From assembly GCA_964658025.1 (NCBI GenBank), contig CAZZXB010000046.1:1-11163 (forward strand): a stretch of 11,163 nucleotides of DNA, in the 5' to 3' direction. The stretch is from an uncultured Janthinobacterium sp. GTDB lineage: Bacteria; Vulcanimicrobiota; Vulcanimicrobiia; Vulcanimicrobiales; Vulcanimicrobiaceae. Of the stretch, positions 1-6,615 are shown in pieces (position 1 is the first letter of the stretch; each line of letters opens with the position of its first letter). The position numbers and the translations under genes were made by a program. The notes under the pieces are model-generated. The model made no database searches and was not told where the DNA came from. It saw only the letters and a list, made by a program, of their open reading frames with translations.

Positions 1-859
1 AGAGGCCGTATTGCTCGCAGCCCAGGGCCGCGTGGCATCGTCGCGCCGCCGCCCAGACCGCCGCCACGATCGGATCGTCGATGGGGACGATCCACGACTG
101 CGTCGACGTTTTCGCCGCAAGCGCGAGTCCGTCGCCGTCGCGGGTGAGTTTATGGATGCGGGTTCGGACCGGTCGATCGACCGGGTCGACGTAATACTCT
201 TCGAGCGGCAGAGGGACGAGCTCGCCGTCTCGCGCGAGGATGCCGCAGCGCACCTCGCGTCCGAGCTCGACGTAACGCTCGACGAGCACCGTCTCCGAAT
301 AGGCGAACGCCGCGGCCAGCGCGTCCGCGTACTGCGCGTGCGACGTGACGTACGAAACGCCGTCGGAGTTGTCCGACGTCGTCGGTTTCACGACCACGGG
401 CGGCGCGAGACGCGGCACGTCGCCCCGGCGCAAGACCTCGCCGGCCGGAACGTCGACGCCCTCCGCCGCGACGATCGCTCGGGTTTTCGCCTTGTCGGCG
501 GCGAGCGCCATCTGCATCGGCCGATTGCCGAGATACGGTAGGTCGAGCAGGTCGAAGATCGCGCGATAGTGGGTCATTCCGGCCGGGCAGAACATCTGCG
601 GCAATCCGATATCGATGCGCTCGGCAACGATTCTCGCAAGCGCCGTCGGAAGATCGATACGCTCGGCCGCGGCGATCGCATCGGCATCGAGCGAACTCGG
701 AAAGCACCACATTCCGCCCGGCACGACGACGGCGTTGACGAACGCATACCGTTCGCGATCGTCGAGCGCCGCGATGCAACCGCGTGCGTAGACGAGCGAG
801 AGGTCGGCGAAAAAGTCGTTCGTCGGGGAACCGACGAGGTGGAGGATGCGGACGGCCAT
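1..859 (-). CDS. mysD: D-Ala-D-Ala-ligase-like MAA amino acid ligase (MysD type), 3' end cut off by the window edge (286 codons visible)
   Basis: Not in the ORF track because it has no stop in the window. Hand translation from the ATG at 859: MAVRILHLVGSPTNDFFADLSLVYARGCIAALDD...LPQMFCPAGMTHYRAIFDLLDLPYLGN...DKAKTRAIV...PPVVVKPTTSDNSDGVS...VLVERYVELGREVRCGIL...LPLEEY...CHAALGCEQYGL. The ILHLVGS, PQMFC, KPxxxDNS and GREVRCG blocks match cyanobacterial MysD as I recall it. GGAGG lies 11 nt upstream, and the start is 4 nt after the mysC stop. Confidence 0.92.
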   Translation of the reverse strand, partial: MAVRILHLVGSPTNDFFADLSLVYARGCIAALDDRERYAFVNAVVVPGGMWCFPSSLDADAIAAAERIDLPTALARIVAERIDIGLPQMFCPAGMTHYRAIFDLLDLPYLGNRPMQMALAADKAKTRAIVAAEGVDVPAGEVLRRGDVPRLAPPVVVKPTTSDNSDGVSYVTSHAQYADALAAAFAYSETVLVERYVELGREVRCGILARDGELVPLPLEEYYVDPVDRPVRTRIHKLTRDGDGLALAAKTSTQSWIVPIDDPIVAAVWAAARRCHAALGCEQYGL

Positions 860-863
860 CGCG

Positions 864-2312
864 TCAGTCGCCTCCCGCCTGCACGAGCTTGCCGATGTTG
901 AAATCGATCCGCATCCAGCCGCGACGCTCGCGAAGATCGCGGATCAGTAACAGCGGGATCTGGAGGTGATGGAGCATGAGGAACGGCAACGGATCGTGCC
1001 AGTCGAAAACGGCATCGCGTCCGCGAGCGATCGTCTTCAAGCGGGGCAGGATCGTCTGCGGCGCGCGCAGCTGCGCGAACAACCGCCAGACTTCGTGATA
1101 GATCCAATACGTCGGGCGGCTCGACGGCAGCGGGCTCACCGGCGCGTCGAGCGGCGTGCGATCGAGGTAGGCGGGCGACACGCGCGGATCGTCGCCGAAC
1201 ATCGTGATGGCGGAGTGGGTCCGCGGGTTACATTCGATCGCGTAGATCTTGCCGTCGTCGTCGGCTTCGATGAAGTCGAACGAGGCCTGTCCCGTGATGT
1301 TTTCGCCCGCCGCGAAGGCTCGGACCCACGCCTCGATCTCGGGTTTGTCGAGGTTCTCGTAATTGATCTGAAAGGCCGAGGATTCGCAGCAGCAGTGAAC
1401 GCGCACTTCGCCGTCGCGGAACGTGCCGTGGGTGCAGTATTCTCGGCCCGGGATGAACTCTTGCATGATCCACGGATTCTCGGCCGAGATCGGCAACGAA
1501 CGCGCGAACGTCGCCGTCGCTTCCGCGGTCTCCGCGGGCAATCGCGTGAGATCGAGCCGCCGGACCGAATCGTACGCGATGCTCTTGAGAATATAGCTCC
1601 GTCGTTCTCGCGAGAAGTCGAAGCGGGCGACGTCTTCCGGATCGGTGATCAGGAACGACTTCGGCACCGCCAGGCCGAGCGTTTCGGCCGCCCGCGCGAA
1701 CTGGAACTTATCGTCGAGGCGCGCGATCCGCGCCGGGTCGACGTGGAGCACCTCGCAGTGCGACGACAACGTCGGGATCGCGAGCGAGTCGTAGTAACTC
1801 GCGACGGGACTGCACACCGGCACGTAGCAATCGACGCCCTCGCGTTCCACGATCGCGAGGAGCGCGTCCGCATACGTCGGCGCATCGGGCTTCGGGATCG
1901 TGTAGAAACGATCGACCGCTCGCGAGAAACGGTGTCCCGTGAATCGATATCGAGCGCTCTCGGCGAGGATCACGCGATGGCCCGCACGATGGAACGAACG
2001 TGCGAGCTGTAGCGCTTTCGTCATCTTGCCGCCGCTGATGAGGATCGTCTTGCGCTCGGAAAATCGCTCGATCGCGGACGGTCGATCCGGACCGTGCTCG
2101 GGTCGCTGCGGTCTCGCCGAGGGCCGGTCCGAATCTCGTTCGAGACGTCGCGATTCGATCGATCCGCGATCCGGACGCCTCGCGACGAAATCGCACGCGA
2201 GCGCGATCGACACGAGCGTGAGATTGAACGGCAACGCGAGGACGAGCCCGGCCAGCATCGCGAGATCCTTGACGACGACCGCGACGGAACGCGCGCGCGT
2301 GCGTGACGGCAT
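864..2312 (-). CDS. mysC: ATP-grasp ligase, mycosporine-glycine synthase (MysC), 482 aa
   Basis: Motifs TILISGGKMTKALQLARSFHRAGHRVIL, GHRFSRAVDRFYT, YILKSIAYDSVRRLDLTRLP, PWIMQEFIPGREYCTH, IECNPRTHSAIT, RPTYWIYHE and DPLPFLMLHHLQIP...IDFNIGKLV are characteristic of MysC. The N-terminus is hydrophobic. The start overlaps the mysB stop (TAATG at 2314-2310). Confidence 0.95.
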   Translation of the reverse strand: MPSRTRARSVAVVVKDLAMLAGLVLALPFNLTLVSIALACDFVARRPDRGSIESRRLERDSDRPSARPQRPEHGPDRPSAIERFSERKTILISGGKMTKALQLARSFHRAGHRVILAESARYRFTGHRFSRAVDRFYTIPKPDAPTYADALLAIVEREGVDCYVPVCSPVASYYDSLAIPTLSSHCEVLHVDPARIARLDDKFQFARAAETLGLAVPKSFLITDPEDVARFDFSRERRSYILKSIAYDSVRRLDLTRLPAETAEATATFARSLPISAENPWIMQEFIPGREYCTHGTFRDGEVRVHCCCESSAFQINYENLDKPEIEAWVRAFAAGENITGQASFDFIEADDDGKIYAIECNPRTHSAITMFGDDPRVSPAYLDRTPLDAPVSPLPSSRPTYWIYHEVWRLFAQLRAPQTILPRLKTIARGRDAVFDWHDPLPFLMLHHLQIPLLLIRDLRERRGWMRIDFNIGKLVQAGGD

Positions 2313-3127
2313 TACGTTCGGCGGATGAGCGTCAGGCCGTCGCGCAGGGGCAGCATCACGTGCTCGACGCGCGCGTCGTCGCGCACGAAACGATTGAACG
2401 CGGCGATCGCCCGACCGTTCGGCGTCGGCTCGCTATCGAGATACGGCTGCCCCTGCATCAGCGTGTTATCGACGCAGACGAGCCCGTTCCGTGCGAGCAG
2501 TCCGCCTTCGAGCGCGAGGTCGAGATAGGTCGCGTACTTACCCTTGTCCGCGTCGATGAAGATGAGATCGAACGCCTCGCCGCGCTCCGCGAGCCGACGC
2601 ATCGCGTCCTCCGCGGCCCCGATCTCGATATCGATCTTGCCGCCGTGCGACGACGCGTCGAACGCACGCCGCGCGAACGCGGCCGCGTACGGATCGAGTT
2701 CGCATGCCAGGAGCTTGCCGTGTTCGGGCAACGCTTCGGCCATCGCGAGCGCCGAGTATCCCGTGAAGCATCCGATCTCGAGCACGCGCGTCGCGCACAT
2801 CGCGTGGACGAGCGTCTTGAGAAATTGTCCCTCGACGTGGCCCGAGAGCATCTCGCCCTCGAGTCGCACGGTCGTGGCGCCCGTCGAGTAACGGCGTTTC
2901 CAGTCCTCACGCTGCGTCGCGAGCGTGAGATCGCGAAGCGCCGCCGACTCGGGCGTCGTGCACGCTTCGAGATACGGGTCGAGCCCACGCGCGAGCCGTT
3001 CCGCGTCCGCGATCATCGCCCGTAGCTCCGGATCGATCGTCGCGCTCTCGGCGAGCTCTCGGATCGCGCCGAGTCGTTCGACGAGGATGCCCATCGGCGT
3101 GACCGGGCGGAGCGTCACCTCATGCAC
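2312..3127 (-). CDS. mysB: SAM-dependent O-methyltransferase (MysB; demethyl-4-deoxygadusol to 4-deoxygadusol), 271 aa
   Basis: RPVTPMGIL, GLDPYLEACTTPES, EMLSGHVEGQFLK, SAM motif VLEIGCFTGYSAL, FDLIFIDADK, VDNTLMQG and LPLRDGLTLIRR. The GTG start at 3127 overlaps the upstream stop (GTGCATGA, 8 nt), and the gene sits directly before mysC. Confidence 0.93.
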   Translation of the reverse strand: MHEVTLRPVTPMGILVERLGAIRELAESATIDPELRAMIADAERLARGLDPYLEACTTPESAALRDLTLATQREDWKRRYSTGATTVRLEGEMLSGHVEGQFLKTLVHAMCATRVLEIGCFTGYSALAMAEALPEHGKLLACELDPYAAAFARRAFDASSHGGKIDIEIGAAEDAMRRLAERGEAFDLIFIDADKGKYATYLDLALEGGLLARNGLVCVDNTLMQGQPYLDSEPTPNGRAIAAFNRFVRDDARVEHVMLPLRDGLTLIRRT

Positions 3128-3890
3128 CGATCGGAACCTCGCCGCGCACGATGCCGCGATGGAGCACGCGATCGCCCGCGACGTCGTCGTGGTCGGCGCG
3201 ATGCATCGTCACGCGATTGTCCCAGACGAGCACGTCGCCGTCGCGCCATTCGTGTCGGTAGAGTGCCGACGCGCGGATGCTGCGCCGATAGAGCGCGCCG
3301 ATGACGCGCGCGCTCGTCCGTTCGTCCGCGTCGCTGAGCTGCGTGCAACGCTCGGGCGTGGAGAGGTAGAGCGCGACTTCGTCCGTTACCGGATGGCGTC
3401 GGAACAGCGGATGCCGGTGCTCGACGCGTTGGCCGCCCGCGCCGCCGCCGTGCAACACGGTCCGCCCGCGTAACCACGCCCGGGCTTCGGGCGGAAGTCC
3501 GTCCGCGACGGCGACCTGATCGCTGAACAGCGTCGCGCCGCCTCGCGCGGGTAACGAAACCGGCCGTAGTGCGGTGAACGACGGCGGCTCGCGGACGTAG
3601 CTCGTGTCGGTGTGGAAGACGCTCCGCGGCGGCGTCGCGCGACCGACGTTCGACACGACGTTGAGATCGGGTGCGCCCGCGACGGGCGTCTCGCCGTCGG
3701 TGAACGCGAGCGCGCCGAGACGACGGAGAAAGCGCACGAGCCCCGCGTCGTCGATCCGCTGATCGCGGAAGACGACGACGCGCGCCGCGCTGATGAGCCG
3801 GACGAGATCGTCCGCGGGCGATGCGGTCGACGCGGCGAGGTCGACGCCCGTCACCTCCGTTCCGAACGGTTCGAGCGGAGCGGTCGACAT
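3120..3890 (-). CDS. TauD/TfdA-family Fe(II)/2-oxoglutarate-dependent dioxygenase, 256 aa (start reassigned to the ATG at 3890)
   Basis: From MSTAPLEPFGTEVTGVDL: VVVFRDQ, HxD iron motif FHTDTSY, GGATLFSD, HPLFRRHPVT, YRHEWRDGDVLVWDNRVTMHRA (distal His) and RVLHRG (2OG-binding Arg). The ORF-track extension to 4481 overlaps the HAD gene and is Arg-rich noise. The ATG at 3890 is 2 nt after the HAD stop. Confidence 0.9.
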   Translation of the reverse strand: MSTAPLEPFGTEVTGVDLAASTASPADDLVRLISAARVVVFRDQRIDDAGLVRFLRRLGALAFTDGETPVAGAPDLNVVSNVGRATPPRSVFHTDTSYVREPPSFTALRPVSLPARGGATLFSDQVAVADGLPPEARAWLRGRTVLHGGGAGGQRVEHRHPLFRRHPVTDEVALYLSTPERCTQLSDADERTSARVIGALYRRSIRASALYRHEWRDGDVLVWDNRVTMHRADHDDVAGDRVLHRGIVRGEVPIGA

Positions 3891-3892
3891 CG

Positions 3893-4585
3893 TCAGTTGA
3901 GGAGCGCGAGAACGCGTTCGTCGATCGCACCGGACGTCGCGAGCGCGTCGACGACGGCGTCGGCTTGCCAAAAATCTTGCCCCGCCGAGAGCTCTCCCGG
4001 CGTCGCGACGACCGCGACGCCGGCGCGCTTCGCCGACATCACGCTGTTCGCGGTATCTTCGATCGCGAGCGCGTCCGACGGTGCGACGCCCAGATGCTTC
4101 AGTGCCAGAAGATAGGCGTCGGGTGCGGGCTTGCCATGCTCGACGTCGGTCCGCGCTACGACGTAGTCGAACGTATCGGGCGAGAGTTCGGCGCAGGCGG
4201 CCTCGAAAATCGCATCGACGTTCGGGCGATAGGTCGTGGTCACGAAGGCGAGCTTCATCCCGCGTTTCTTGCCGAGCTCGATCAGATCGGCGACGCCCGG
4301 GCGCAGGCTCACTTTGGTTCGCACGAGTTCTTCGCACGCGAGTTCGGTCTTGCGTGCGTGGATCGCGTCGATCTGCTCCGGCGAGAGATTCGCACCCGTC
4401 GCGGAGGCGAGCATCGCGAGCCGTTCCTTGCCGCCCGCTTGCTCGAGCAGCTCGGCGTACGTCTCGCGATCCCAAACCCAATTGACGCCGGCTTCCTGTA
4501 AGGCGCGATTGTAGGCGCGACGCTGGATCTCGGAGGTCTCGACGACGGATCCGATCGAGCCAAATAATAATGCGGTCTTCGGCAT
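3893..4585 (-). CDS. HAD-superfamily (subfamily IA, CbbY-like) protein with a degenerate motif I, 230 aa
   Basis: Cap region QRRAYNRAL...W.WD..Y.ELL...GGKERL is CbbY-like, followed by LRPGV. Motif II (FVTTT), motif III (GKPAPDAY) and motif IV (IEDT) are present. Motif I reads FGSIGSVVET instead of FDxDGTLxxT. Confidence 0.88.
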   Translation of the reverse strand: MPKTALLFGSIGSVVETSEIQRRAYNRALQEAGVNWVWDRETYAELLEQAGGKERLAMLASATGANLSPEQIDAIHARKTELACEELVRTKVSLRPGVADLIELGKKRGMKLAFVTTTYRPNVDAIFEAACAELSPDTFDYVVARTDVEHGKPAPDAYLLALKHLGVAPSDALAIEDTANSVMSAKRAGVAVVATPGELSAGQDFWQADAVVDALATSGAIDERVLALLN

Positions 4586-4613
4586 GGGAGCGCTTCTTTC
4601 GGAGGAGCGAGCG

Positions 4614-6365
4614 TTAGGTAGCGGCGAGCGCGGGCAGGACGATTGCGGGATGTTCGAGCCCGACGTCGTGACAGTAGGCGTCGATCCCGAGTCCCGCGCG
4701 GGGATATCCCGCGCAGACGGCCTTGTATTCGTCGAGCGCCGTGAAGAGGTCGTGACGCGAGAGCTCGTTGAGATAGCCGCAGTTTCCGATGGGGCCGTTC
4801 GGAAGCGGCGCGACGAGATTGTTGCCGCGCTTTTGCACGACGGTCTGCTGGCTCTTCCAGATCGTCTCTTTGCGATCGAGGATATCGTGCCAGAGGCTCA
4901 ATCCGTAGCCGTCGAGGAGCGCGAGGATCCGCCGGAACGACGCTTCGTCGATCCAGCCGAGCCGTCGGCTCAGGTACGCGCCGAATCCCATGCAGATCGA
5001 GACGGCGTGTCCGTGCAAGAGTCCGGCCTCGATCTCGAAGCCCGGCGACCACGTGTGACCGTAGGCGTGCGGCCGGCACTGATGCGTCTCGTAGAGGTTG
5101 TCGTATTCCGCGGCGACGTACGAGCGGAGCGCGCCGCCGAGGATCTTCTGCGAGAGTCGCTGGATCGGGTCGCCGGGCTCGCAGTCGATCGTTCCGAACC
5201 GCGTTGCGATGAGTCGATCGCGACCCGCTTCGAGGTCGGCGAAGAGCGCGGCATCTTTCACGATGCTCATCTTGACGATCTCGGCGATGCCGTGCCGTAA
5301 CCATCCGTCGCGCAGGGTCTTGAAGAAGAAACGGTCGGTGATCGAAACGACCGGCGGATGATAGGCGCCGAGCAGATTCTTGTAGCCGAAGCCGTCGCAA
5401 CACGTGCGCGGCGACGGACCCGCATCGATCGCCGTCACGATCGAGGTGGCGAGCATCACGTAGGGCGTGTTGCGGCCGTAGAGCGCGCACGCGAGGCCGC
5501 CCGTGTCGGCGAGCACGCCGCCGCCGACGACGAGCACGGGCTCGTTGCGCGAGACGCCGATCGCCTTGAAGTCGCCGAGCATCCGCTCCACGGTCGCGAT
5601 CGTCTTGTCGGATTCGTTCGCGCGATAGACGCGTTTGACGAGCGGGATATTGTAGTACGCGAAATAGAACGCGATCCGCTCGCCGTAGAGCGATTCGACG
5701 TTCTCGTCGACGAGACAGACGCAACGTCCGAGCGACTTGTAGATATCGCGCAGGGTCGTCCGGTCGACGTCGAGGGCGTTGTCGACGATCTTGATCGTGG
5801 AGAACGTGCTCACGTGCATGACCGCTTCGATCGTCTGATCGTCGGGCGTGCTCGTGACGGAGCCGCCGGACTCGCGGTAATCGGACGTCGGATAGATCGC
5901 TTGCGGGAGATCGTCTTGCAAGCGCGCGGCGAAGGTCGTATAGAAATCGCGCATCGTCGCGTCGGGGAGCGCGCGGAGATACGCGACGAGCTTGATGTCG
6001 CCGAATCGCCTCGACGCGTTGACGCGGTCGGCGAATATCGCCCACGCGGATCGCGTACGCGAGAGCGGTTCGGCGCGTTCGAAGGCGTCGAAGAGCTGGG
6101 CCAAGAGCGCGAAGAAGCGGCGTAGCGGAAGGTTCAACGAACCGCGGAGCATCCGGGCCGGAGCGATCGCGGCGACGGCGCCGGCTTCGGAAAAATCTCG
6201 ACCGAATGCGCTCGAGAACACGTCCGCCTCCGCGACGACGCAGACGAACGCCTTGAAGTCTTCGCCCCCGAGGAGTTCGCCGAGCGCGTCGTCGAGGTCG
6301 GCTTCGCAAAAGTTCGAGCGAGGCCGCTCCAAGAACGTTGCAATCGCCGAGACGGTCGTGGGCAT
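4614..6365 (-). CDS. mysA: Sedoheptulose-7-phosphate cyclase, demethyl-4-deoxygadusol synthase type (MysA/DDGS), long divergent form, 583 aa (start reassigned to the ATG at 6365)
   Basis: DHQS-fold motifs: VVGGGVLAD (NAD), YKNLLGAYHPP, GIAEIVK, AYGHTWSP and LHGHAV. The latter two are DDGS-like, not the HGEA of DHQS/EEVS. SD GGAG lies 7 nt upstream of the ATG at 6365. It is the first gene of the operon containing mysBCD. Confidence 0.88.
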   Translation of the reverse strand: MPTTVSAIATFLERPRSNFCEADLDDALGELLGGEDFKAFVCVVAEADVFSSAFGRDFSEAGAVAAIAPARMLRGSLNLPLRRFFALLAQLFDAFERAEPLSRTRSAWAIFADRVNASRRFGDIKLVAYLRALPDATMRDFYTTFAARLQDDLPQAIYPTSDYRESGGSVTSTPDDQTIEAVMHVSTFSTIKIVDNALDVDRTTLRDIYKSLGRCVCLVDENVESLYGERIAFYFAYYNIPLVKRVYRANESDKTIATVERMLGDFKAIGVSRNEPVLVVGGGVLADTGGLACALYGRNTPYVMLATSIVTAIDAGPSPRTCCDGFGYKNLLGAYHPPVVSITDRFFFKTLRDGWLRHGIAEIVKMSIVKDAALFADLEAGRDRLIATRFGTIDCEPGDPIQRLSQKILGGALRSYVAAEYDNLYETHQCRPHAYGHTWSPGFEIEAGLLHGHAVSICMGFGAYLSRRLGWIDEASFRRILALLDGYGLSLWHDILDRKETIWKSQQTVVQKRGNNLVAPLPNGPIGNCGYLNELSRHDLFTALDEYKAVCAGYPRAGLGIDAYCHDVGLEHPAIVLPALAAT

Positions 6366-6441
6366 GTGTGGACTCCATAAGCAGGCGTCACGGAGCGAGC
6401 GTTGCCGGCGAACGACCGTTGAGCTGGTGCCTGAGTGTTCC

Positions 6442-6474
6442 CGCCGACCGTACGTGCAAACGTTGGGGTCGGCG
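6442..6474. other. Stem-loop in the glycosyltransferase-mysA intergenic region
   Basis: CGCCGACC (6442-6449) pairs perfectly with GGTCGGCG (6467-6474). The inner ACGT-GCAA-ACGT (6452-6463) forms a second short stem. Confidence 0.55.
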
Positions 6475-6487
6475 CGTTTTGCGTCCC

Positions 6488-6516
6488 TTCGACGCCGAAC
6501 CTCACGGGACGGTTCC
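6488..6516 (-). promoter_or_regulatory. Candidate ECF-sigma promoter for the mys operon
   Basis: The minus strand reads GGAAC (6516-6512), 17 nt, CGTCGAA (6494-6488). This fits the GGAAC-N16/17-CGT(T/C) pattern of stress-response ECF sigma factors and lies about 125 nt upstream of the mysA ATG. Confidence 0.4.
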
Positions 6517-6615
6517 ACGGCCGACGTCCGGGGGATCGGCCGCGCTTCCGCACTTCCGCGCGAACCCGCACGCTCGGACTCGCGCGATGGCAGGTCCGTA
6601 CGAGGTCGTCGATCC

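Noticed and set aside
1..859. Housekeeping D-Ala-D-Ala ligase (ddl) call
   Set aside because: The N-terminal ILHLVGS...LSxxYA and PQMFC motifs and the coupling to mysC indicate MysD. No cell-wall genes are nearby.
3891..4481. N-terminal extension of the TauD ORF in the track (453 aa)
   Set aside because: It overlaps the HAD gene in another frame and is low-complexity. TauD similarity starts at MSTAPLEP (3890).
4586..4613. Possible hairpin between mysA and the HAD gene
   Set aside because: Pairs reasonably only on the non-coding strand through G-U pairs. It is weak on the mRNA strand and has no U-tract.
4614..6365. 3-dehydroquinate synthase (aroB) or EEVS call
   Set aside because: AYGHTWSP and HGHA rather than HGEA, no shikimate genes nearby, and operon context with mysBCD all favour DDGS.
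4309..6378. 689-aa same-strand alternative-frame ORF overlapping mysA
   Set aside because: Arg/Ala/Pro-rich with no motifs. Its ATG is embedded in the mysA SD region, and long stop-free frames are expected at this GC content.
6497..6515. GAAC...GTTC as a LexA/SOS box (attractive for a UV-protection operon)
   Set aside because: The spacing is 11 nt, matching neither the GAAC-N4-GTTC (Gram-positive) nor the GTTC-N7-GTTC (alphaproteobacterial) box.
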